Positions 37,275 to 46,494 of a stretch of 64,000 nucleotides of DNA are shown piece by piece. The stretch comes from an uncultured Candidatus Rokubacteria bacterium (GTDB lineage: Bacteria > Methylomirabilota > Methylomirabilia > Rokubacteriales > DASRDR01), in the NCBI GenBank assembly GCA_963708025.1, contig CAVPSB010000025.1:1-64000 (forward strand), written 5' to 3'. Under the pieces are notes generated by a model. It saw only the letters and a program-made list of their open reading frames with translations, made no database searches and was not told the origin of the DNA. Numbering within the stretch: the first letter of the stretch is position 1; each line of letters starts with the position of its first letter. The position numbers and the translations under genes are program-made.

Positions 37275-37686
37275 GCCGCTGTCCGCCGACGCACTGGCCG
37301 ACGCGGTTACCGTGCCCGAGGCCGGCGGCGTCGTCGTCTTCCTCGGCGTCGTCCGGGACAACAACGCCGGGCGGCGGGTCGTGGCGCTCGAATACGAGGC
37401 GCACGTCCCGATGGCCGAGGCGAAGATGAAGGAGATCGGCGAGGCCGTCTACCGGCGGTGGCCGGACGTCCAGCAGGTCGCGATGGCCCACCGGATCGGG
37501 CGGCTCGGGATCGGCGACGCCAGCGTCATCATCGCCGTCTCCGCCGCGCACCGGCAGCAGGCCTTCGAGGCCTGTCACTTCGCCATCGACCGCCTGAAGG
37601 AGACCGTGCCGATCTGGAAGCGGGAGATCTTCGAGGACGGCGCGGTCTGGGTCGGGCTGCAGGGCGAGTCGCCCCCGACCGGATAG
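37255..37686 (+). CDS. moaE: Molybdopterin synthase catalytic subunit
   Basis: FLGVVRD, LEYEAH, HRIGRL, IDRLKETVPIWKRE. Confidence 0.95.
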   Translation: MIRVTAEPLSADALADAVTVPEAGGVVVFLGVVRDNNAGRRVVALEYEAHVPMAEAKMKEIGEAVYRRWPDVQQVAMAHRIGRLGIGDASVIIAVSAAHRQQAFEACHFAIDRLKETVPIWKREIFEDGAVWVGLQGESPPTG

Positions 37687-37702
37687 CCGCGCGGCGCCAG
37701 CA

Positions 37703-39152
37703 ATGAACGGCAGGCCCGAGGCGTCCCCGGAGTCCCCGCCGCTGGTTGCGTCCATGCGGGCCGCTGCCGCCCGCCATCGGCTCTTCGGCCCCGGCGCCTC
37801 GCTCCTCGTCGCGGTGTCCGGCGGGCCGGATTCGGTCGCCCTCCTCCACGCACTCACCTGCCTGCGCGCCGAGCTCGCGCTGACCCTCGCCGTCGGTCAC
37901 GTCCACCACGGGTTGCGGGCGGAGGCCGACCGCGACGCCGCCTTCGTCCGGGGTCTCGCCGCCCGCCTGGGCTGCCCGGTCGCGGTCGAGGCGGTCCACG
38001 TGCCGCACCGGCCCGGCCGCTCGCCGGAGACGGCGGCCCGCGCGGTCCGCTACACCGCTCTCGCACGCATGGCCCGGGCGACGGGGGCCACCCGGATCGC
38101 GGTGGCCCACACCGCCGACGACCAGGCCGAGACGGTGCTGATGCGGCTCCTCCAGGGCGCGGGCCCCCGCGGTCTGGCCGGGATCCCGATTCGACGCGGG
38201 GCGGTGGTCCGGCCCCTGCTCGAGGTGGATCGGGCCGCCGTCCTGGCTCACCTCGCCACCCACGGCTTGCCGTGGGTCGAGGACGCGACCAACCTGGACA
38301 CGAAGCTCCTCCGGAACCGGATCCGCCACGAGCTGCTGCCGCTCATCGCGGCGCACGGCTGGCCCCGCATCACGACGGCGCTCTGCCGCACCGCGGCCGC
38401 CGCCCGTGAGCTGTCGGCGGCGCTCGATGCGCTGCTCGCGCCTCGCGTCGCCGGCCTCCTCCGGCCCGGGCTCGGTGGCCTCGCCCTCGACCTGGCGCCC
38501 CTGCGCGAGCTGCCGGCCGGCGCGCTCAAGGCCGTGCTTCGGCTGGCGCTCGTTCGACCTGGCCCCGCGTCCCGAGGTCCGGGCCGGGCTCCGGGCGGGG
38601 CACTTCGAGGCGCTGGCGGCGCTGGTTGACGCGCCGGTCGGCGCCCGCGTCCGGCTCCCGGCCGGACTCGGCGTCGAGCGGGGCCGCGATGCCCTCTGGG
38701 TCGTGAGCGGGGAGCCGGCCGGCGAATCGGTGCCGCTGGTGGTGCCGGGCGAGACGCGGCTCCCGGCGCTCGGGGGCCGGCTGGTCGCGGAGCGGACGCC
38801 GTTCGCGCTCGAGGACCCGGCCCCGGACCCGGCGGGCGAGGTGTGGATCGACGCCGAGGCGCTCCCGGGGCCGCTCCGGGTGCGCCCGCGGCGCCCCGGG
38901 GACCGCCTGGTGCCCTTCGGCCAGGATCGACCCGTCCGGGTCGCCCGCCTGCTCGCCGCCACCGGCGCGGCGCCCTCGGCGCGCGACCGGTGGCCGCTGC
39001 TCGTCGCGCCCGGATCGGATGGCGAGACCATGGTGTGGGTGATCGGCGTGCGGCGCGGGACCGTGGCGCCGGTTCACCGAGAGACGAGGACCGTGCTGCG
39101 GGTCCGGCTTCACCTGGACCCGGTGCGCGGTCCGGAGGAGGAGTCCACGTGA
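37703..39152 (+). CDS. tilS: tRNA(Ile)-lysidine synthetase, frameshift near 38550
   Basis: AVSGGPDS, HVHHGLR, AHTADDQAET, RNRIRHELLP. The C-terminal domain (VRPRRPGDRL) is in a second frame. Confidence 0.9.
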
Positions 39153-40621
39153 GTCGAGCTTCGATGGTCCGTGTGAGTCTGGTCGCGCTCCTCGTGTTCG
39201 GCGCGCTCCCGGTGGCCGCTCAAACCGCCCCGGCGCCGCCCCCGGACCCGAAGGCCATCCTGGAGAGCCTCGAGCGGACGTTCGTCTCCGTCGCGGAGCG
39301 CGTGATGCCCGCCGTGGTGCATATCGACGCGACCCCCAAGGAGTCGCCGCGCGAGCGGGGGCCCCGGGAGGGTCGTGATCCGCGCGAGCGCCTCAGCCCG
39401 CCCGAGCGCCGGGAGTTCGAGCGGCGCTTCCGGGAGTTCTTCGGGGAGGACTTCGAGCGCTTCTTCCGGCAGCGCCCGCCCGAGCGCCGCGAGGCGCGCA
39501 GCCAGGGCTCGGGCGTGATCGTGGACAAGTCGGGCATCGTCCTGACCAACAACCACCTGATCGAGAACGCGGGCGAGATCGAGGTCGGGCTCTCGGACAA
39601 GCGGAAGCTCAAGGCCAAGGTGCTCGGTCGCGACCCCAAGACGGACCTGGCTGTGCTGAAGATCGAGGCCGACGGGGAGTTCCCGACCGCCGAGCTGGGC
39701 GACTCCGACCGGCTCCGCGTCGGCCAGTGGGCGATCGCCGTCGGCAACCCCTTCGGGCTCGACCGCACGGTCACCGTCGGTATCATCTCGGCCACCGGCC
39801 GGCAGGACCTCCGCGTGACGACCTACGAGAGCTTCATCCAGACCGACGCCGCCATCAATCCCGGCAACTCGGGGGGCCCGCTGGTGAGCCTGGACGGCAA
39901 GGTCATCGGCATCAACACCGCCATCGTCTCCGTTGGCCAGGGCATCGGCTTCGCCATACCGGCGAGCATGGTCCGCCGCGTGATGCCTCAACTCGTGGCG
40001 ACGGGACGCGTGACGCGGGGCTGGCTGGGCATCCGGATCCAGCCGCTGACCGCGGACCTGGCGCCGTCGTTCGGGGTCAAGGAGGGGGACGGCGTCCTGG
40101 TGGCCGACGTCATGCCGGGTAGCCCGGCCGAGACCGGCGGTCTCAAGAGCGGCGACGTGATCCTCGAGGTGGAGGGGCGGAAGACCGCCGAGGTGCCCGA
40201 CCTGCAGAAGATCGTGGCCGATACCGAGCCCGGCAAGGCGGCGCGGGTCACGGTCCTGCGCGACGGCCGCCGGGAGACCCTGTCGGTGAAGATCGGGGAG
40301 ATGCCGGCCGACGAGCCGGTGGTCGCCTCTCGCGGCACCGAGCGCTGGGGCCTGTCGGTCCAGCCCATCAGCCCCGAGCTGGCGCGCCAGTTCAAGCTGC
40401 CGGCCGGCGAGGGGGTGCTCGTCTCGGACGTGGAGGAAGACAGCCCGGCGGCGCGGGCGGGCATCCGCCCGGGTGACGCGATCGTCGAGGTGAACCGCCG
40501 GCGCGTCAAGGACCTGAAGTCGTTCGAGGACGCCCTCGGGCGGTCCCAGCAGGAGGTGCTGCTCTTCGTCCAGCGCGAGGGTCGCTCGCAGTACGTCGTG
40601 CTGAAATCCGAGGGTCGCTGA
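39149..40621 (+). CDS. Do/DegP-family serine protease with two PDZ domains
   Basis: TNNH, DLAVLK, IQTDAAINPGNSGGPL, two PDZ domains. Confidence 0.95.
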   Translation: MSRASMVRVSLVALLVFGALPVAAQTAPAPPPDPKAILESLERTFVSVAERVMPAVVHIDATPKESPRERGPREGRDPRERLSPPERREFERRFREFFGEDFERFFRQRPPERREARSQGSGVIVDKSGIVLTNNHLIENAGEIEVGLSDKRKLKAKVLGRDPKTDLAVLKIEADGEFPTAELGDSDRLRVGQWAIAVGNPFGLDRTVTVGIISATGRQDLRVTTYESFIQTDAAINPGNSGGPLVSLDGKVIGINTAIVSVGQGIGFAIPASMVRRVMPQLVATGRVTRGWLGIRIQPLTADLAPSFGVKEGDGVLVADVMPGSPAETGGLKSGDVILEVEGRKTAEVPDLQKIVADTEPGKAARVTVLRDGRRETLSVKIGEMPADEPVVASRGTERWGLSVQPISPELARQFKLPAGEGVLVSDVEEDSPAARAGIRPGDAIVEVNRRRVKDLKSFEDALGRSQQEVLLFVQREGRSQYVVLKSEGR

Positions 40622-40635
40622 CCGATACCGCCTGC

Positions 40636-41757
40636 TCAGCCGCGAAAGAGCTCGTAGAGGACGGTCCAGAGCGCCAGGAGGTCGCGGGCCTGCTGGACGA
40701 GGGCCGGCGCGCGGCCCTCGACGTGGGCGAGCAGGCTCACCACCACGAGCCGCGTGCGCGCCGGGTCGGCGGCCGCCGCCAGGCGCCGGCTCTCCGTGAA
40801 GGGGATCGCCGGGTCGTCGCGTCCGTGAACCAGGAGGAGCCGCGCCGGCAGGCGCCCGACGTCCCGGGCGGGTGAGAGGACGTCCAGGAGTGCCCGCGTC
40901 CCCGCCGGCAGGGCGGCCAGGAGAGCGTCCACCCGGTCGGGGTCCTGGTTCTCGAGGACGGCCAGGACCGCCCGCGCCTCGGCGCCCACCGTCGCCGGCA
41001 GCGGTGCCCCGGCCAGGGCTCGCCGCACCGCCTCCCGGTCGTCGAGGTCGCGCACCAGGTCGAGGTTCGACGCGAGGAACGCGCGCGCCAGGGCCGGGTC
41101 GAGCCGCGCGCGGCCAGCGGCGCCGCCGAACGCCCAGGCGCCGGTGGTGAAGTAGCGAACCAGCTCCCGCGCTTCCGCGTAACCCCCGAGGCTCACCACC
41201 AACCGCACCGGCCCGGGCGCGCTCGCGGCACCCGCCAGCGCCGGCTGGACCCCGACGCTGACTGCCAGCACCACCGCGCCGGCCCCGCTGGTCCCGGACC
41301 CTCCGCCGGCGGTCGCCAGCGCCGCGGCGACGATCCGCGCGTCGTCGGGCCGGAGGCGCTGGGCGCGAAGTCCCGGGAGGTCGGGCACCAGGACGAGGAA
41401 GCCCCCCCGGGCGAGGAGCCGCGCCGACCACTGCAGGCGCGCATCGTCCTTCCCGTCGGGCGTGAGGCCGTGGACGAGGACCAGGGGCGGGAGGGGGAGA
41501 CCGCCCGGGACCCGCCAGACGTCGGCGGGGGCGCCACCGGGGAGGGTCACGGTCTCGCGCACCGGCGGGCGGTCTCCCGCTGTCAGCCAGGGCCGGTGTC
41601 CGTCGGTGAGGAACTCCGCCAGGAACCGGGCGGCGGTGGCGCCGGCCGAGAGCCGCTGGCCGAGCGGCACGGCGAGCACCAGGATTGCCGCGCAGGTGGC
41701 CCAGCCGACCAGGAGTCGGCCCAGCGATCCGCCGGCGTGGGAACGCCATTCACCCAT
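40636..41757 (-). CDS. Alpha/beta hydrolase-fold protein
   Basis: LVLVHG, AVSVG, LLVHGRDDPAIP. Confidence 0.7.
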   Translation of the reverse strand: MGEWRSHAGGSLGRLLVGWATCAAILVLAVPLGQRLSAGATAARFLAEFLTDGHRPWLTAGDRPPVRETVTLPGGAPADVWRVPGGLPLPPLVLVHGLTPDGKDDARLQWSARLLARGGFLVLVPDLPGLRAQRLRPDDARIVAAALATAGGGSGTSGAGAVVLAVSVGVQPALAGAASAPGPVRLVVSLGGYAEARELVRYFTTGAWAFGGAAGRARLDPALARAFLASNLDLVRDLDDREAVRRALAGAPLPATVGAEARAVLAVLENQDPDRVDALLAALPAGTRALLDVLSPARDVGRLPARLLLVHGRDDPAIPFTESRRLAAAADPARTRLVVVSLLAHVEGRAPALVQQARDLLALWTVLYELFRG

Positions 41758-41825
41758 CACTTGGCCAGCCGCTCGGCGGACCACGCGGCTATGACACGCA
41801 ACCAGCCCGAGCTGATGGCAGGGCG

Positions 41826-42123
41826 TGGGGAAGGAATGGTTCGTCCGGCGCCCCCTCCCCCGCCACAGGCCGAAGGCCGTCCGAACAGAGGGGGAGGGGG
41901 GCCAAAGGCCGAAGGCCGTCGAAGGATCGGGTGGGCGGGAGGTCCCGAACTGAGAGGGTGTGAAGGAATGGGTCCTCCGACTCCCCCCTCCCCCGGTGGG
42001 TGGGGAGGGGGGGGCGGGAGGTCCCGAACTGAGAGGGTGTGAAGGAATGGGTCCTCCGACTCCCCCCTCCCCGGTGGGTGGGGGAGGGGGGTTGGGGGGG
42101 TGGGCGGGAGGTCCCGAACTGAC
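41826..42123. repeat. Tandem ~79-90 bp G/C-run palindromic repeats
   Basis: GGGCGGGAGGTCCCGAACTGA starts at 41933, 42012 and 42102. The first two units contain a CCCCCTCCCC..GGGGAGGGGG hairpin. Confidence 0.85.
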
Positions 42124-42134
42124 AGGCCGTCAGC

Positions 42135-42881
42135 CTACCGCCGGGCCCGCTCCGCCCGCAGGTCCCACAGGCTCGCGAGGAACTCCCACCCCACCCTGGG
42201 GCTGACCTTGCTGACCCCCTGCCGCCGCTCGCGGAACACGTAGGGCAGTTCGATGACCTTCACCGCCCCGGCCCGGCAGACGATCTCCAGGAGGATCTTG
42301 TAGCCTCGAGGCTGCAGGTGGTCGCGGACACCCTCGAAGACAGCCCGACGGAGCACGAAGTAGCCGCTCATGGGATCGGACAACGGCACCCGGAGCCACC
42401 ACCGGGCGAGCGCGGTGGCCAGGTCGGAAGCCTTGCGGCGGTGCCAGGCCCAATGTTCGGCCCCCCCACCCGGAACGCGCCGGGAGCCGACCGCGATGTC
42501 GGCTCCGCCGGCGGCGGCGTCCACCAGCCGCGGCAGGAGCGCCGGGTCGTGCGACAGGTCGGCGTCCATGACGGCCAGGAAGTCACCGCGGGCCCGGAGG
42601 AGGCCCTCGATCACGGCCCCGCTCAGGCCCCGCTTGCTCGTTCGCCGGATCACCTGAACCTCCGGGTGCGAGCGGGCATAGTCCGAGGCCAACTCCCAGG
42701 TCCGGTCCGGTGAGTCGTCGTCCACGATCCACACCTCGAGGCCCCGCCCAGCCATCGCGGCGCGGATCGCCTCCAGCAGCGGGACGATGTTGTCCCGCTC
42801 GTTGTAGGTGGGGACCACGAGGGAGACGATCGCCGGCCTCACTTTCCGGCTGGGCGCAGAAACGCCCAGCCGATTCGCCAC
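42135..42881 (-). CDS. Polyprenol-phosphate mannose synthase (DPM1/Ppm1-like GT2)
   Basis: VPTYNE, VDDDSPD, MDADLSH, SDPMSGYF, GYKILLE. Confidence 0.92.
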   Translation of the reverse strand: MANRLGVSAPSRKVRPAIVSLVVPTYNERDNIVPLLEAIRAAMAGRGLEVWIVDDDSPDRTWELASDYARSHPEVQVIRRTSKRGLSGAVIEGLLRARGDFLAVMDADLSHDPALLPRLVDAAAGGADIAVGSRRVPGGGAEHWAWHRRKASDLATALARWWLRVPLSDPMSGYFVLRRAVFEGVRDHLQPRGYKILLEIVCRAGAVKVIELPYVFRERRQGVSKVSPRVGWEFLASLWDLRAERARR

Positions 42882-44416
42882 TCACGCTCTCCACGCCAGG
42901 TCTGGTTTCGGATCACGAGGGGCGCACGGTCTTCGGCCGTTGGAAAGGCCGCCCGCATGTGCCCGGGCATCTCGCCGTTGCGCGCCGCCGACCACAGGAG
43001 CACCGCGCCGCGGCGCCGTACGTCGGCGACGTCGATCCACGGGCTGAAGTAGACGTTCGCTTCGTGGAACAGATGCGGACTATCCGGCGAGAAGAAGATC
43101 ACGTTGCCGGCCAACCAGAAGTCGCCGATCACGTACGAGAGGCGATCGTTGGTTTCGCGCTGCCACGTCTCGGTCACGGTCGCGGCCAGCCGATCACCAG
43201 GGAACTGCGTCGCCCAGCGCTCCCCTCCGCCCACGTGGAACAGCTGGGCGCCCGTCTGAACGCCCATCAGCAGGATCGTCAGAGCGCCCCAGGCGGTCAC
43301 GAAGCGCGTCAGGGTGACGCGGTCGATCACGGGCCGCCACAGAACGACCAGGAGCAGACCGATGAAGCACCAGAATGGAGAGGCCCACTTCGTTTGCAGG
43401 CCGCGCCCCATGACGACGCTGGTGAGGACCGCCGTGGCGAACGGTCCCAGCGCCAGGACGACCGCATAGCGTCTGGCGAACGGATCGGACACGGCCGCTG
43501 CCGCCGGCATGCGGGAGCGCCCGCCGATCAGCGCCGCGAACAGCGGGAACACCAGGGCGATCAGCGACAGCGCCGAAACGATGGTGTCCCCCGTGACGTA
43601 GGCGCGCCGCAGCAGCCCGCTCGCCTTCGGGGCCCGGCTCAAGGCGAACTCGACGGGGCTGAAGCCCCCCTGGATGACCCAGACCAGATGCGGGGCGAGC
43701 ACGAGGAAGAAGGTGAGGATGGCGAGATACGGACCGGGCGTGCGCCAGCACCGTCGGGCCTGGGGATCGACCATCGAGAACAGGAGGAGCGGGGCGACGA
43801 GCGTGACCGCGGCGTACTTCGCGTAGAAGGCGAGCGCGAGCCAGAGCCCGACCAGAATCCAATCGGCTCGTCGGCGATCGACCAACGCACGATAGAGGCT
43901 CCAGCCGGTGAGGCCCCAGATCGGCAGCTGAACGATGTTGTGGTTGAACTCCATCGTGTGGAGGTTGAACACGACGCAGCCGTCGAGCAGCACCACGGCG
44001 ACGAGGGCCTCCACCGGGCGCAGGATCGTGGATCCCAGACGCCACACCGCCCAGAAGCAGAGCACGACCGCGAGTTGCCCGAGCAGAAAGAGGGGCCACA
44101 GGCGCGGGCCGGCGATGGTGCGCACGACGTCGATCAACCACCACGGCAGCGGCGGATGCTTCCAGTAGCCGATCTGCCATTCCTGGCCGTGGGCGACGCC
44201 CTCGATGACGTCGAGGGGGAGGTTGCGGCACAGGATCGTCGGCAGCACCGTCCACAGTGCCGCGTGCACGAGCGCGAAGACGATGAACGCCGCCCTCGGG
44301 TTGGACTCGATCATCGCGACGGATCGCCGCAGGCCTCGGCCCCACCTCCGCGGCTCCGTGACCACGTCGGCGTGGCCAGTCTCGTCCACCGCTCTGGAAT
44401 CTCGCAGCCCTACCAT
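42839..44416 (-). CDS. PMT/GT39-like membrane glycosyltransferase
   Basis: GYWKHPPLPWW, FYAKY, PHLVW and many TM helices. Adjacent to the polyprenol-P-sugar synthase. Confidence 0.85.
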   Translation of the reverse strand: MVGLRDSRAVDETGHADVVTEPRRWGRGLRRSVAMIESNPRAAFIVFALVHAALWTVLPTILCRNLPLDVIEGVAHGQEWQIGYWKHPPLPWWLIDVVRTIAGPRLWPLFLLGQLAVVLCFWAVWRLGSTILRPVEALVAVVLLDGCVVFNLHTMEFNHNIVQLPIWGLTGWSLYRALVDRRRADWILVGLWLALAFYAKYAAVTLVAPLLLFSMVDPQARRCWRTPGPYLAILTFFLVLAPHLVWVIQGGFSPVEFALSRAPKASGLLRRAYVTGDTIVSALSLIALVFPLFAALIGGRSRMPAAAAVSDPFARRYAVVLALGPFATAVLTSVVMGRGLQTKWASPFWCFIGLLLVVLWRPVIDRVTLTRFVTAWGALTILLMGVQTGAQLFHVGGGERWATQFPGDRLAATVTETWQRETNDRLSYVIGDFWLAGNVIFFSPDSPHLFHEANVYFSPWIDVADVRRRGAVLLWSAARNGEMPGHMRAAFPTAEDRAPLVIRNQTWRGEREWRIGWAFLRPAGK

Positions 44417-44707
44417 CGTCTCACCGGCATCCGAGCTCCAATCGGTCGCGGTACGGCCGATGAGCGGCTCGGCCCATGACGGCCCTCAGCGTCTCTGATG
44501 CGGCGGAGTGTGTCAAGCGCCGGGAAAGGGCGAGAACGCTGCCGCGGGGGCTCGCTGATCGGACCCGTCGAGCGGGGCGACCCCTCCCCGCTTCGCGTCA
44601 TCACGCGCAGCCGAACATGCCGGCCGTCAAACCCGGTGTTCCAGTTCGCGGTGGATCGCCGCCGTCCGCCCCCGGCGGCGGTCTCCGGAGTTGAGCCGGA
44701 TGCGGCT

Positions 44708-45337
44708 CTACGTGCGGTTCAGGCACTTCACGAGGTGCCAGCCGCGCAGCAAGTTCACGCGGCGGACGACCTCGGGTGTCAGGCCGACGGTCTCCAGGAG
44801 GGGCGTGAGGGCCAGGTTGGTCTTCCAGCCCAGGTGGGCGCACACCGGCGCCAGCGCGTCCTCGATCCGGCGCATCAGCGGGTTCTGGCTCCGGAAGTGG
44901 TTGAGGATGACGATCGCGCCGCCCGGCTTGGTGACCCGGCGCATCTCGCGGAGGACCGCCACCGGGTCGGGGACGGCGCTGATCACGTAGGTGGCCAGGG
45001 TGGCGTCGAACTCGCCGTCGGCCAGGTCCATGGCCGAGGCGTCCATGACCTTCAGCGTCACCCTGTCCATGTGGAGCGACTCGACCTTCTCCTGCGCCTT
45101 CTTCAGCATGCCCTCGGAGAGATCGATCCCGACCAGGTCGATGTCCGGCGGGTAGAAGGGCAAGTTCAGGCCCGTGCCGATCCCGACCTCCAGGACCCGG
45201 CCTCGCGGCGGGTTCCCCAGGAGGCGCACGGCGGCGATGCGTCCGGGCTCGAAGATCTTCTTGAAGAGGAAGTCGTAGACCGGCGAGTAGAAATCATACG
45301 CTCGCCTGACCTGCCGCTCCTCGAGAGAGACGTCCAA
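44708..45337 (-). CDS. Class I SAM methyltransferase (PmtA-like phospholipid N-methyltransferase)
   Basis: VLEVGIGTGLNL, GIDLSEGML, RVTKPGGAIVILNHF. Confidence 0.8.
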   Translation of the reverse strand: MDVSLEERQVRRAYDFYSPVYDFLFKKIFEPGRIAAVRLLGNPPRGRVLEVGIGTGLNLPFYPPDIDLVGIDLSEGMLKKAQEKVESLHMDRVTLKVMDASAMDLADGEFDATLATYVISAVPDPVAVLREMRRVTKPGGAIVILNHFRSQNPLMRRIEDALAPVCAHLGWKTNLALTPLLETVGLTPEVVRRVNLLRGWHLVKCLNRT

Positions 45338-45506
45338 GTCCCGATCTCCTTTCGCGTTCTTGAGGCCGAGCCGGCGGCACCTACTTCTAGCACGTTCGAC
45401 CCGGGCTGCCAAGCGCCGAATTCACGGAACCTCACACGCCCGATTCCGACTGCCGGAGGAATCGGCGTAAGAGCGTCGCCAGACCCAGAAACGACGGCTG
45501 CCTCGA

Positions 45507-45535
45507 GTCGTCGAGCAGCCGTGCCGACTCCTCCC
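45507..45535 (-). terminator. Hairpin, probable terminator
   Basis: Coordinates approximate. ACGGCTGC..GCAGCCGT stem followed by GTTTCT on the minus strand, downstream of the LapA-like gene. Confidence 0.35.
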
Positions 45536-45550
45536 GCTCCGTCGCGATGC

Positions 45551-45853
45551 TCAGGCTCCCGGCCGAGCGGGCGGGCCCGACCGTGGCGATGCCGGGGGCG
45601 GGAGCGCGGCGTCGCGGGGCGTGATGCCGGTGGGGCTGGCCCGGCGAGAGCGCTGCCAGCGGCGCAGCCGGCTGGCGAGGCCGACGAGCCCGGCGATGAG
45701 GGCGCCGCCCGCCGTCGCCCCGAGAATCACGGCGGCCAGCGAGGCCTGAAACTGCCCGGGCCAGAACCGGACCGTCACCACCTCGGAGTTCTGGAGGGCG
45801 AAGAGTCCGACGGCCAGCAGGAGGAGCGTGAGGACGATGAAGAGGAGCTGCAT
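45551..45853 (-). CDS. LapA-family small membrane protein
   Basis: FALQNSEVVTVRF..SLAAVILG. Confidence 0.8.
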   Translation of the reverse strand: MQLLFIVLTLLLLAVGLFALQNSEVVTVRFWPGQFQASLAAVILGATAGGALIAGLVGLASRLRRWQRSRRASPTGITPRDAALPPPASPRSGPPARPGA

Positions 45854-45858
45854 GCGTC

Positions 45859-46494
45859 CTACGAGCGGAGGAGGTCCTTTGCGCCCGAGGGGCCGCTTCG
45901 CACCAGCTCCAGGGTCCCGGAGGGGAACGTCGCCTTGACGAGGCCTATGGCCGGGACCAGATCGGAGACCCACACGGTGCCGTCCCGATACGGCGCACGG
46001 ACCGCCATGAACTGGCCGGCCGGCACGCTGACCGATTCCGGGGTGCCCTTGACGTCGGCCTGCCGGAAAGGCCGGAGGGGATCGTCCGGGGTTGACGCGA
46101 CGCCCTTCGGAGTCCGGGTCACGCTGCGAAGGGCCTTGCCCGAGGCGCGGTCCACCCGGATCTGGGTGACGGACAGGGGTGATCCGTCGAGGACCCGGCT
46201 CGTGACGATCTGCAGGGTGTACGTCTTCGCGTCGCCGCCCACGATCGCGTACGTGACGAAGAGCGGCGGCGGCGCGGTCGACTCCCGGCTGACGGACCAC
46301 GTCACCTGGCCGCCGGGGCGCTCCTGCCGGACGACGATCGGCACCTCGTGGCTCAGCGACGAGGTCCACTGGTAGGCGGCCCACGCCCCCACGGCGGGCC
46401 CGCTCGGAGTCGCGGCGCCGGCGACGAGGGCGAGCGCGAGGAGCGGGGTGGCCAGGGACATGACCCGTGCACTGCGACCTCTGTTCCGGTTCAT
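45859..46494 (-). CDS. Exported hypothetical protein
   Basis: Signal peptide, ESVSVPAGQF motif, ATGA-coupled to the upstream gene. Confidence 0.65.
   Translation of the reverse strand: MNRNRGRSARVMSLATPLLALALVAGAATPSGPAVGAWAAYQWTSSLSHEVPIVVRQERPGGQVTWSVSRESTAPPPLFVTYAIVGGDAKTYTLQIVTSRVLDGSPLSVTQIRVDRASGKALRSVTRTPKGVASTPDDPLRPFRQADVKGTPESVSVPAGQFMAVRAPYRDGTVWVSDLVPAIGLVKATFPSGTLELVRSGPSGAKDLLRS

Noticed and set aside
41826-42123. CRISPR array
   Set aside because: The intervening sequences are near-identical rather than unique spacers.
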